Shown here piece after piece: positions 43,237-55,555 of a stretch of DNA of 64,000 bases (position 1 is its first letter; every line of letters begins with the position of its first letter). Both the position numbers and the translations under genes were made by a program. A model generated the notes under the pieces. That model was not told the origin of the DNA, made no database searches, and saw only the letters and a program-made list of their open reading frames with translations. Origin of the DNA: the human T2T-CHM13v2.0 reference genome, Homo sapiens; the NCBI RefSeq assembly GCF_009914755.1, contig NC_060931.1; one strand, written 5' to 3'.

Positions 43237-43331
43237 TATTTCTACTGATTTCTGCCTTTTAGAAGTTTAAAATGTCTACCCATATATTTCTACTGATTTC
43301 TGCCTTTTAGAAGTTTCAAATATTTACCCAT
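43237..43331. repeat. ~47-bp direct duplication
   Basis: ATATTTCTACTGATTTCTGCCTTTTAGAAGTTT occurs twice. Confidence 0.88.
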
Positions 43332-44885
43332 GGTATTTCAAATTCCTGAAATGGCTATTTATCAAACACAAAGTTTACTATTCAGGTGTCTTCTTTATAC
43401 CAGGATCTGCGGTCATCACCTTTATAGATGAATGGAAAACACTGGAGAACTTTGGAGAAATGGCGTGGAAGATGAAGAGATAATGCTCAATCATTCTAAA
43501 CAGATTAAACTCCCCCAATTCTTTTCCCGTCCATTTTAAACCTCTCTGCTTAGCAATAATTAAATCCTCTCATTCCATTTGGATAATCAAAGTTTAACTA
43601 TAGATAGTTTAACACAGAAACCAATGCTAACCTTTACAAAGAAAGTAAATATCTTCTAAGCCTTTGATGAGGAAGAGAAATCGGAATATTATAACCAGAA
43701 AAAGGAAGTTGGAAAAAACTATATTTCTGTTTACTTTTTATAACTTATTTGAACAATATGAACAAATGTATTTGCAAATATTTGTTCTACAACATTTTTT
43801 TATTAATATAAATCAATACACATTCCTTATTCAATGAGAAAAGAATTTGACTCTAGCTTCGAACATATCCCTTTGACATATGAAATATAGTTTAAGCAAT
43901 GAGTTACTTAAAAATTCCATTAGTGTGCAAAATTCAGCTGAAAACCAACCTTGGATTCCAAACAGATCATAGGAAAAGAGGGTGCAAGAGAAAGAAAACA
44001 GTTCATGAAATGCAACCTTTACGTAACTAAGCCCTGAAGAGGTCTCCTACCACACTAACATATTCTAGGAGAAGAGCAGAATCTCTAAAGTGAACAGCAG
44101 CCCCTGTCATCCCAGCTCTGTGACAAGCAGCCCTGGGTGGGGGAATCGGGGTGGCTCAGCAGCAACATCCACACCAGCCTCCAGCAGCCTGGGGAGTGGC
44201 GGTTTCCGTAAGATCCCTTCAAAAGCCGTTTCGTATCACGATTTCTATGCTTTGTGTGGCAGCAGACCCATTTGTTTAAGTGGTCATGCACCCACCTCTC
44301 CCCACCCTGATGGTCACCTACAAAGCCCATATGGCCAAAACGGTATGATCAGATTCTCTCAGAGACCAGACTCCTTTGCTGGCACCCGACCCAGGAGAAG
44401 CAGCCCAGAGGGGACCATTTTTACTCCACTGATGACGACAGTGGTTCTAACAGGGAGACCTTTCAGAAGAAGGATGAGGAGGGGCGGTTGCCAGGCAACG
44501 CATAGACAGCTTCTCCCGCTCCCAAGTAGCAGGTCTTTTCTTAGCAGCAGCATTCTCTATTCTGTGCCAACGATGTACTCATTACGATTTTCTGATGAAG
44601 TTTTTAGGAAGAATAAAGAGTTCCAGCAAGTGCTGTAAAGGTTACTTAGGACAGTGATGGAGACATGCATGTCTTCTTCCATAAGCAGAGGAGAAACACT
44701 GAATTCTATAGCACCTTATTTGAAAATGCTGAAGTTCTAAAGGTGCTCACTGAAAGTAGAATGTTTTGATGCTTCACTTCCTAAAACCCACAGGCTATAT
44801 GCACATGAGCAATAATACAAGAAAAGGGGAACAAAACAACTGACAAGGTGATGGCACCAAAAATACCAGAAAGACTTGCTTGTCT

Positions 44886-45117
44886 GAGACAAAGTTAATA
44901 TCCAGCTCTTCACCAACCAAACGTGATCACAAGGAATGGATCTTGAAGGGGTCAGTCTATGTGCGAGACAAAGTTATTGTCCAGCTCTTCACCAACCAAA
45001 CGTGCTCACAAGGAACGGAGCTTGGAGGGGTCAGTCTATGTGCGAGACAAAGTTAATATCCAGCTCTTCACCAACCAAACGTGCTCACAAGGAACTGAGC
45101 CTGGAGGGCTCAGTCTA
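44886..45117. repeat. 79-bp tandem repeat, 3 copies
   Basis: GAGACAAAGTTA at 44886, 44965 and 45044. Confidence 0.93.
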
Positions 45118-45755
45118 CCTCCTCCACCTTCCAGACCTTCCTGTGAGCAGTGAAATTTCTAAAATGTTGGTGAAGGGAAGAGAACATTCAGGCTTCCATA
45201 GTCAACCACAATTACCAAGTGTTGACTGGTCACCACTCCTCTTCCAATTGCTTTGAAACGAGGAGTTTGGAGGAGAAGAGAACAGAGAGCTGATATGTCA
45301 AACAGTGTTTTCACTTTTCAGGGTGAAGAGTTAGAGGTGAGACTATCAGAGATATTTTACATCTTTTCCCAGCTCAGTGCCAGTCACACGGCATGGGGAC
45401 CAAATGACATGCCCGCTGGCATTCCCAGGGTTTGGAGGGTGAGGTGGGAGTGGATGATCGGGGTCACTCTTCTTGCTGGGACTTCTCATCTGTCCCTCCC
45501 TGCAGCTGCCTTGTCGTCACTCAGCCACGTGGACCACCTGGACTTCCCTAAGGCCATCAGCATTAGCCGTCAGGGCCCACTCGCTGCTCACCTGCTGCAG
45601 ACCTTGGCCCATCAGCACTCCCAGAGGCAGAGCATTCTGGACACAGCGATCCCTTTGACTGCTTACAGAAAGGTGAGTGTGGAAACCCGGCGGAATGTGA
45701 TCATTACCTGCTCATCTTTGACTCTAGACAGCCATCGGTAGGATGTCTTTCTTTC

Positions 45756-46058
45756 CTTCTTTCTTTCTTTTTTTTTTTTTGACAGAGTCTTGCTCTGTGG
45801 CCCATGCTGGAGTGCAGTGGTGTGATCTCGGCTCACTGCAACCTCTGCCTCCTGGGTTCAAGTGATTCTCCTGCCTCAGCCTCCTGAGTAGCTGGGATTA
45901 TAGGCATGCGCCACCAAATCTAGCTAAGTTTTGTATTTCTGGTAGAGATGGGGTTTCGCCTGTTGGCCAGGCTGGTCTTGAACTCCTGACCTCAAGTGAT
46001 CTGCCCGCCTTGGCCTCCCAAAGTGTTGGGGTTACAGGTGTAAGCCACTGTGCCCAGC
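45756..46058 (-). mobile_element. Alu (AluS-type)
   Basis: Reverse-complement Alu dimer with a (CTTT)/T tail. Confidence 0.95.
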
Positions 46059-46649
46059 TATCTTTCTTTATTAGGGAGAACACACAGTTGGTTCTTGGAG
46101 GCAACTGTCAATGTGATGTGAGATGAAGCACAGTGCGGCCTCTGCACTGTTTTCCTTTGTGTAATTTGCATGGCATGTGTGTTTCCAGTGATATGAAGAA
46201 GGAGATAACCTGAAGTGTCTTCCTCCACAGACACGTAGAATGCTGGACAAATGGCACAGTCAGCCTTTCACAGAATTAAGGGAAATCCCCAGGAATCCAA
46301 GCTGAAGGAGAAAGTGAAACTGGAATGGGGGATGTGCGGCCTGAAGCCGCTCAAGCCCTGGGTGGAAGGCAGGTGACAGGATTCCCTACATCTAAAATCA
46401 GGGTCTTGGACTTTGCTGCCCATGTGGGGCCAGCAGGGAAAACCCTGCCTTGCTGGAGGTAGAGAGCTGGACCCGAGCCCCCCACATAACACAGGACCCT
46501 CAACAACCACACCCTTAGCAAATGGGTGTGCTCACACCACAGGAATCTCGTCTGTCACCATATGGACTCAAAATGGGAAGACGCTTGAAACATGGGCCTC
46601 ATCCAGAATTGAGGCTCAAACACATGAGTGATCTGGGTGAGGAATTGAC

Positions 46650-48100
46650 ATGAAGATAGTCTCAGTTTAATGACAGCCTAGTGTGTCTGGCAAAAGCTCT
46701 CTTGAGGTTAATACTCTCAGAACAGGGCCATACAAAACTAGAACTAAAGCCCCACCAATGAGGAGCTTATAATCTGGAATTATAGAACCCACCAGACAAC
46801 AAACTACCATGAGCAAATCAGCAAACATCAAAGAGCAGGCTTAGACCCATGAGACCTTAATAAACGTGTTAGAAACCATCGGATAATGCATTGATCATGA
46901 TTGAAGGTGTTAAAGTAGGAACCAACAATTTAAGAAAAGAACAACCCAGCAGGTTGATCTGAAAAAGAACAAAATAGAACTTCAAGTGAAAACCATACTC
47001 TTTAACATTATAACTACAATGCATGGATTACAGGTTAGACACTGCTGAAGAGAAACACTGTATGTTGGAAGACAGATCTGAGGAAATTCCCTGGAATGCA
47101 GGACAGAAAGATAGAGAAAATAGGAAAGGGATTTAAGGGACATGGGAATAAGAAGGTACAACTTATTTCCATTAGAGGGGAGAATGGAAGAGAGTCAAAT
47201 GTAAATTATATATGGTTTATAATTTTTTAGGATTAGCTGGAGAAAGGAATTCTCAGATTCAGGAATCACAGTAAGTTTGGAGCAAAAATTAAAAATAAAA
47301 TAAGTCCTTACCAAGACAGGACACAAGGAAACTCCAAAACAGTAAAGGTTAATCAGGAAGGAGCGGCCCACAAAGGAACCACCATCAGACATAGCGATCA
47401 GGAAGGAGCTAGAGCTGGCACACAAAGGAACCACCATCCGACCAGCAACAGACAGTCTTCTCAAGTGCAGGGGCACCAGAGACAAGAGAACAGGGTTTCA
47501 AGGTAATAAAAGAAAAAGAAATAGAACTTGACCCTTGGCTAATCTGTTATGCAAGTGTGAGGATCAAAGACATTTTCAGACAAAGAGAAGGAAACTTTCC
47601 CAATAAAAGACTGAAAGAAGGATATCTTTCAGAAAAAAGGTAGTTTTACCCAAAATGAAGAATTGAGCAGTAAAAGGAATGGTGATGGGGGGAGAGGGGA
47701 ACCTCATAAAATGAGAGTCGGTCTGAACAAATGCTGACTATGAAAGCTAGTAAAACAAACGGTTGATTTCAGGATACAAAGACAAGGCACAACTGAAATA
47801 CTGAACAATACTGTATGTGTCAGAGGGAGGTAGCTGAGGTCTGTGTCTCAGGTCCTGGGTTTATTTGTGAGGAGGGCAGAAATGTGAACTCCAGATATTG
47901 TTAAGCCAAGCATGGTTATTAAAAGTATCAGGATAATTACTAAAGTATAACTGCTGAACTAGCCAAGGGGGAGAGAGGGAATAAAGAAAACCCATTCATT
48001 CCCACAGAAGGCAGGAGAGGATGCTGCAACAAAATACAACTCAGAAAATGCAGGGCATATGTAAGGCAAAGAATGAGATGTACACAGGCCAAACACTGAG
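46650..48100 (+). mobile_element. Ancient L1M remnant (ORF1-region-like)
   Basis: A-rich strand bias; ggattacaggttagacactgctgaagagaaa...tggaagacagatctgaggaaatt resembles L1M ORF1 DNA. Confidence 0.55.
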
Positions 48101-49532
48101 TGAGTGAGAGATTAGCTTTTTTAAAGAAAAACTTACTTGGCAACATGGTTTCTATAATTTTAGAAACGTCACTGCAATACTCTGCAGTATGTTAGGAGAT
48201 TTTCCCACAGTGGGCGTCATTATTTTTCTTTACGGCAGTATGGTTGCATGAGTTTTGTAACCAGCCATATTTTGTGGAAGGGGAAGCCAGAGTTCACAGG
48301 ATGTAATGCTGGCCCAGATGTCACACTGGGAAGCCAGACTCTGGACGTGGCACCATCTTTTCACTGCAGCACCAAATCTTCCTGTCTTTCCAAGATCACT
48401 GTCCTCTTGCTCCAGAAGAGAAAACACTAGTGACAAGTCAGGACCCACTCAGTCCCTGGCTCATGCATCCTAAGTGCTCCCACCTTCTGCAAACGTACAC
48501 AAATAAGTGAATAATGTCGACTTTTCGGGTTCAAGAAGTCACAACAATTACATGTGGAGTCAAGCACCACTCCACATGTGGACGCACAAAGCTACCTGAC
48601 GTCTGGCTCAAGGTGTTCACTCGAGTCCAGGCTGAGCTCATCTTCTGCTCCTTCCACCGTGAACTCCAATTCTGTGAACTGCCCTCTGCTTCCTGATGGA
48701 GCTGTGCTGTTCCCTCCTCTGCATGCCACCTGCCCAACACAGCTGTCTTCACCGACCAAAACCTGGTCTCAAATGTCCACCTCAAGTCTCCTCTGTAGCC
48801 CCCCTGCCACGCCCGACACTCCCGTCAAGGACAGAGACGTCTTCTAGCAAAAGAATGCAGCTTGGTGTGTGGCAATGTCTAGTGTTTCTCCAGCCCTTCA
48901 CCCCCTTTTGCCCCAAATTGGCTGTAAGCCTCTTAGGAGCCAGACTGCTGGCCTCCTTCACACCCAGCATCCCCATGGTCCTCTGCCCAGGAGCCGTGCT
49001 GAGGACATGAAGGTAAGCAGAGCCCACCTGACGCCAGCTCATTTCTGAACTGCTTGTGGAATTTCAAAAGCTGCATTTTATTAAACTCGTGTTAGGTTTA
49101 CACATTTACACAAAGAATCAGATAACTCCATCCAGGCCCTGAACTGCTGTGATTCAATTCCTCTGATGCTGTCTATAAACCTGCAGATGCAGGAGTCACT
49201 GGACAGACCAGATGGAGGCGGCCTCTGGTCTCGCCTCCTCGCCTCGGGTTTCTCCAGGAAGTTTCCATGAGTTCCCGAGCAGCCTGTGGACGTCTCCGTC
49301 CGTCACTGGGTGCTCAGAAAACGCTGCACGAATGAGCACTTTCCAGACCTGACTTTATGCACCAGCTTCAAGTGTTTCCTCTCACAACCGTTAATTCGTG
49401 GACCTGTTAACTTTTACCAAGTTTAATGTTTGGTTACCCAATTTAATTCAACGAGTATGAGTTGGATGCTTGATTCCACTTCTTCTATCATGCCCCATTC
49501 ACACACTATAAGAAGGGTCTACCAAGTCAAGA

Positions 49533-49537
<5 letters not shown>

Positions 49538-49565
<28 letters not shown>
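49538..49565 (+). repeat. Isolated poly(A) tract, ~27 nt
   Basis: Read directly; no adjacent Alu body. Confidence 0.9.
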
Positions 49566-49740
49566 GCAGCTAAAACGCAGGGCTGCGGGACAGTGGGTGC
49601 CATTTACCTAAGCCAATCGCCCCGGCAGCCAAAGGCCAAGCTGCATCACAGCAGCTTACCTCTTTCTCCCGCAGACTCTCTGGACCATCACCCACCTTCT
49701 CTGGAGCCCAAACATCCAATCAAACCAGGTCGTAAATATA

Positions 49741-49863
49741 CAGGTAGTCCCCGCTTATGATGGGGCTATGGCAGGATAAACCTCTTTGGAGTTGAAAATA
49801 TCATTAAGTCAAAAATGCACTTTCAACTTACGATGGGTTTGTTGGGACATAACCCACCATCTG
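49741..49863. mobile_element. Tigger4a/MER46A-like MITE fragment
   Basis: TA|CAGGTAGTCCCCGCTTATGATGG...AACTTACGATGGGTTT. Confidence 0.6.
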
Positions 49864-50770
49864 TCATACTAAAGATGGTACAAACTCTTCCTATAGACTC
49901 AGCCACTTGTCTTGCTGGGGCCAGCATGGCAGCAGGGACTGGTCAGATTGGGGTCAGAGAATTTTTCCTTTAAACATTAAGTGCTCAAGGCAGAAAAGAC
50001 AACATATTGAAAACTTGGAGAGACTGAAAAATAAAGCACTAGCATGGCTCTAGCATTTTAAGCAGCAAATCAGATTTTTAAAAAATAAAAAGTCAAATCA
50101 CTCCCCCTCCCACAAAAAAATAGAGTTCCACACCCTCAATAAAGGCGGATCATGGAAGGGACACTCTCTGCCTGTGTCACAACCCAACTATCCACAGAGC
50201 GCTGCAAGGGGCACTGTGGCGGAGGTGTGGGGGCTGCAGGGGAAGGCCGTGATGGCCGCTGACCAAGGCACAGCTGCTGCAGGACGGGCACACCCACGGC
50301 CCGGGCATCCCAGGGAAATCCAGAACCAGTGGCTGTGACTGCTCCCCCGACAGAGCCCCTGTTCCTTGCACAGCCGCTGCTGCCTCCAGCCTCTGTCTGC
50401 GCCCTTCCCAAGGACCCCCTGCAGACACCCGCACCCACAGTAAAGGAGGTGGGAGCAGGCGGCCAGGCTCCAGCCAGGAAGTGTGAGCTGAGCTCTAGAA
50501 AGTGGTGGTGTCTAAAGTGGCTCACCAGCCTCTCCGTCAGGCCTCGAAGGTTCGTCACCAACTCGTGCAGCAGATAGACGGCAGTCCGGGCTGTGGCAGG
50601 TGACAGCCCAGGGCCCAGACACCGGCCAGCCTCATAGTGCTCGCCGCACGCTCAGCTCACCAGTGCGGGGAGACTGGAGCTTCCCCCGTGGGACTGTGGC
50701 TGGAAGACCAGGGGCCTCTCATGCGCTACAAGCTACCAGAAAACACTGGTGTGCATCAGGCGTCGGTCCC

Positions 50771-51147
50771 TGTTACGGGCTGAACCATTCCCTAGAATCC
50801 ATGTGCTGCCTCCCTAATCCCCTCCAGGTTACCCCGCACATAACCTCATTTGCAGGTGGGGCCTTTACAGAGATGATGGAGTTAAAATGAGGCCACTGGG
50901 GTTGGCCCCAGACCAATCTGAGTGAGGTCCTGAGAAGACAGAGCAGGATGTGCTCCCACAGACGAAAGGTTCTGGGAGGACACAGGAAAAAGATGTCATC
51001 TGCCAGCCACGGAGAGAGACCTCAGGAGGAACAAGCCCTGCCTGCATTGTAGACTTCTGGCCTCCGAAACTGTGAGGAAGACACTGCTGTGGTTTCAGCT
51101 GCCCAGCCTGAGGGATGTCGTCACGGCAGCCCCAGCAGGCCAGGGCA
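50771..51147 (+). mobile_element. MaLR LTR (MLT1B-like)
   Basis: TGTTACGGGCTGAA...GAGTTAAAATGAGGCC...GACTTCTGGCCTCC.AAACTGTGAG...GGCAGCCC. Confidence 0.7.
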
Positions 51148-51235
51148 GGCCCCTGGAGGTCCACAGACCTCACATAGCCAGCATACGCCTCTCCCAGGAG
51201 CCCCATTCTTGCTTCATCAATTAAAGCAGCACTCT

Positions 51236-51562
<327 letters not shown>

Positions 51563-51959
51563 GCAGCAGCACTGTCTGCTCTGAGCTACAATCCTATGCA
51601 CGATTTCCACCCGTGGGAACCACACGGGCCCGAGCTACCCAGCCGGCTCCTTTCTCACCTGGTCACATACATCTGGACAGGACAAGAACTCTCAGAGGGC
51701 TTTCTCTTTCTCCTTGGTCTTCCTAAACTTTGCCCTAATTAATCGATATCACTGCCTCTCTCAGAGGTGACTGTGGCTGTGATGACGGACACGGAGGAGA
51801 CGAACAGGAGCAGAACAGTTTCACTGCCACGTCCATTTCCGTGACAGCACCTGTGATTGGTGTTGCGTGGACGTGCCACACTTGCACTTGGCAGGCTTTC
51901 GAGGCTGCTGGCCTTGCTGCCATGAGGACTGTGTCCAAAACCACTCTTGGAAGGAACCA

Positions 51960-52340
51960 TAAACGGCTCCCAAACATGAGAAAGTATGCTCAGTCTCACG
52001 CAAGCCAGAGAAACAGAAGTGAAAACCACTTGGATGCAGCCCTTCCCACCTACCAGCGGCAAAGCTCAAAGGTTCGCTGATACCTGAGGCTGGGAGACCT
52101 GGGACAGAGGTACCATGTCTATGGCACTAGGGGGACGCCATCTTGGCAAAGATTATGGCAGGGAATGTGGCAGTATCTATCAAAATAAACAATAAGCATC
52201 CGCGATGACTCAGGATCTGGCTTCTAAAAACTCACATTTCACATGGTCCGTGTAGTCTGGAGTGGCAAAAGTTTGAAATTGCCTACATTGCCCTTACTAG
52301 GAGACAGTAAATTTCTGTGCGTCCAATAACAGGAGAACAT
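51960..52340 (+). mobile_element. Highly diverged L1M(E) ORF2 3' remnant
   Basis: aaacatgagaaagtatgctcagtctcac...gtgaaaaccac...tggcagtatctatcaaaat. Confidence 0.45.
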
Positions 52341-52872
52341 ATGGCTGTTAGGAGGGTGGGGCCGGGCTGTACACACTCATGCAGGGCCCTCTCCTGAGAG
52401 CGGCGTCATGTGAGGAGCTGCTGTTTACGCACCACATGACCACAGCAGCACCGGCTGGCCCTGGGGAGGGGGCTGGGCCCCAGAGTCCCGGTGTGGGTGG
52501 GCACCCCTGCCGTGGTTACCTTCCCCACAATGATGCCGAGTGGCTGTAATGTCTTCATGAAGCACGTCCCAGACCAAACCAGCCCGGGACTTGCTTGCTG
52601 GGACACAGTCCCACCCCTTGGTACAATATGACAAAGAAAACCACGAGTTTAGAGCTTAGGTCACTGTAAAGCTGCTTTTGAAAAAGGTGCAAGACGTAAG
52701 GGCTAAAATCTTTCAGTTTAGAGATTAGCAGATGAAGGGCCTCCTTTCAGGGAAGAGAGTGGAGCCTGTACCCCAAAACCCCAAAGTAGCAGAACCAGGG
52801 ATCCTGCTGATCACTGACTGAATGCCAACTGTTTGCCAGGCACACAGTAGGCGCTGCCTCCGCATGGCCTTG

Positions 52873-53281
52873 TGATGTGGTTTGGATCTGTGTCCTGGCC
52901 AGTCTCATGTTGAAATGTAGCCCCAGGGCTGGAGGTGGGGCCTGGTGGGAAGTGGCTGGGTCACAGGGTGGTTTCTCATGGGTGGTTTAGACCATCCCCT
53001 TGGCGCTGTCCTCAGGATAGTGAGCAGGCTTTCCTGAGATGGTGTTGTTAAAAGTGTGCGGCACTCCCCATCTGTTCTCTCCCTCCTGCACCTGCCATGT
53101 GAGGTCTTGGCTCCCCTTTGCCTTCCGCCATGACTGGATACTTCCTGAGGCCTCCCCAGGAGCAGAGGCCACCATGCTTCCTGTACAGCCTACAGAACCC
53201 TGAGCCAATTCAACCTCTTTTCTTTATGAATTACCCAGCCTCAGGTATTTCTGTATAGCAGTGTGACAACAGCCTAACACA
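52873..53281 (+). mobile_element. MSTA-like MaLR solo LTR
   Basis: TGATGTGGTTTGGATCTGTGTCC...TTCCTGAGGCCTCCCCAG...CCTAACACA termini. Confidence 0.85.
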
Positions 53282-53546
53282 CCTGTCTAATGAACCCGGG
53301 TCTAATTAACAGCCCATGTCCTCCCACCCAGGGGAGGCCCTTGCACAGGGGAGGCTGGGTCCCACTGGTACCGGGCCCTGTGAGAGTCTCAGGTACAGAA
53401 CAGAGTCCCAGGAGCGTCAAGCAGGAGCTGTGGCTTGGGTGGCTGCATGGACACGGGAGGCTCTAGAACGTCCCCTCAAGCAAGTTAGGGTGTGAGGACG
53501 GATACTTGGGTCTGCACCGGGCCCAAAGGCCATGGCAGCCACTGGG

Positions 53547-55555
53547 AGGTCAGACCCATCCAGCGTGCACCGAACTCGGTGGGTCGGACCCATTCACTGT
53601 GCACCGAACTCGGTGGGTCAGACCCATCCAGTGTGCACTGAACTCGGTGGGTCAGACCCATCCGGGGTGCACTGAACTCGGTGGGTTGGACCCATTCACT
53701 GTGCACTGAACTCGGTGGGTCGGACCCATTCACTGTGCACTGAACTCGGTGGGTCGGACCCATCCAGCGTGCACTGAACTCGGTGGGTCGGACCCATTCA
53801 CTGTGCACTGAACTCGGTGGGTCAGACCCATCCAGCATGCACTGAACTTGGTGGGTCGGACCCATTCACTGTGCACTGAACTTGGTGGGTCAGACCCATC
53901 CAGCATGCACTGAACTCGGTGGGTCAGACCCATTCACTGTGCACTGAACTCGGTGGGTCAGACCCATCCAGCGTGCACTGAACTCGGTGGGTCAGACCCA
54001 TGCAGCGTGCACTGAACTCGGTGGGTCAGACCCATCCAGTGTGCACTGAACTCGGTGGGTCGGACCCATTCGCTGTGCACTGAACTCGGTGGGTCAGACC
54101 CATCCAGCGTGCACTGAACTCGGTGGGTCGGACCCATTCGCTGTGCACTGAACTCGGTGGGTCGGACCCATCCAGCGTGCACTGAACTCGGTGGGTTGGA
54201 CCCATTCACTGTGCACTGAACTCGGTGGGTCGGACCCATCCAGCGTGCACTGAACTTGGTGGGTTGGACCCATCCAGCATGCACTGAACTCGGTGGGTCA
54301 GACCCTTTCACTGTGCACTGAACTCGGTGGGTCAGACCCATTCACTGTGCACTGAACTCGGTGGGTCGGACCCATCCAGTGTGCACTGAACTCGGTGGGT
54401 CGGACCCATTCACTGTGCACTGAATTCGGTGGGTCAGACCCATCCAGCGTGCACTGAACTCGGTGAGTCGGACCCATCCAGCGTGCACTGAACTCGGTGG
54501 GTCGGACCCATCCAGCGTGCACTGAACTCGGTGGGTTGGACCCTTTCACTGTGCACTGAACTTGGTGGGTCAGACCCATCCAGTGTGCACTGAACTCGGT
54601 GGGTCGGACCCATCCACTGTGCACTGAACTCGGTGGGTCAGATCCATTCACTGTGCACTGAACTCGGTGGGTTGGACCCATCCAGCGTGCACTGAACTCG
54701 GTGGGTCGGACCCATTCACTGTGCACTGAACTCGGTGGGTCGGACCCATTCACTGTGCACTGAACTCGGTGGGTCGGACCCATCCAGCGTGCACTGAACT
54801 CGGTGGGTCGGACCCATTCGCTGTGCACTGAACTCGGTGGGTCGGACCCATCCAGCGTGCACTGAACTCGGTGGGTTGGACCCATTCACTGTGCACTGAA
54901 CTCGGTGGGTCGGACCCATCCAGCGTGCACTGAACTCGGTGGGTCGGACCCATTCACTGTGCACTGAACTCAGTGGGTCGGACCCATCCAGCGTGCACTG
55001 AACTCGGTGGGTCGGACCCATCCAGCGTGCACTGAACTCGGTGGGTCAGACCCTTTCACTGTGCACTGAACTCGGTGGGTCAGACCCATCTAGCGTGCAC
55101 TGAACTCGGTGGGTCGGACCCATCCACTGTGCACTGAACTCGGTGGGTCGGACCCATTCACTGTGCACTGAACTCGGTGGGTCGGACCCATCCAGCGTGC
55201 ACTGAACTCGGTGGGTCGGACCCATTCACTGTGCACTGAACTCGGTGGGTCGGACCCATTCACTGTGCACTGAACTCGGTGGGTCAGACCCATCCAGTGT
55301 GCACTGAACTTGGTGGGTCGGACCCATCCAGCGTGCACTGAACTCGGTGGGTCGGACCCATTCACTGTGCACTGAACTCGGTGGGTTGGACCCACCCAGG
55401 GTGCACTGAACTCGGTGGGTCGGACCCATCCAGCGTGCACTGAACTCGGTGGGTCGGACCCATCCAGTGTGCACTGAACTCGGTGGGTTGGACCCATCCA
55501 GCGTGCACTGAACTCGGTGGGTCGGACCCATTCACTGTGCACTGAACTCGGTGGA
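53547..55555. repeat. 34-bp minisatellite, ~59 copies, with two main unit types
   Basis: GGTCGGACCC-(ATTCACTGTG or ATCCAGCGTG)-CACTGAACTCGGTG. Confidence 0.97.

Noticed and set aside
53140-53170. PRDM9 hotspot motif in the MSTA LTR or the C-rich VNTRs
   Set aside because: The sequences checked do not fit CCNCCNTNNCCNC.
53547-55555. CRISPR-like array (palindromic ~34-bp repeats)
   Set aside because: The units are head-to-tail with no unique spacers, there are no cas genes, and the context is primate; it is a minisatellite.
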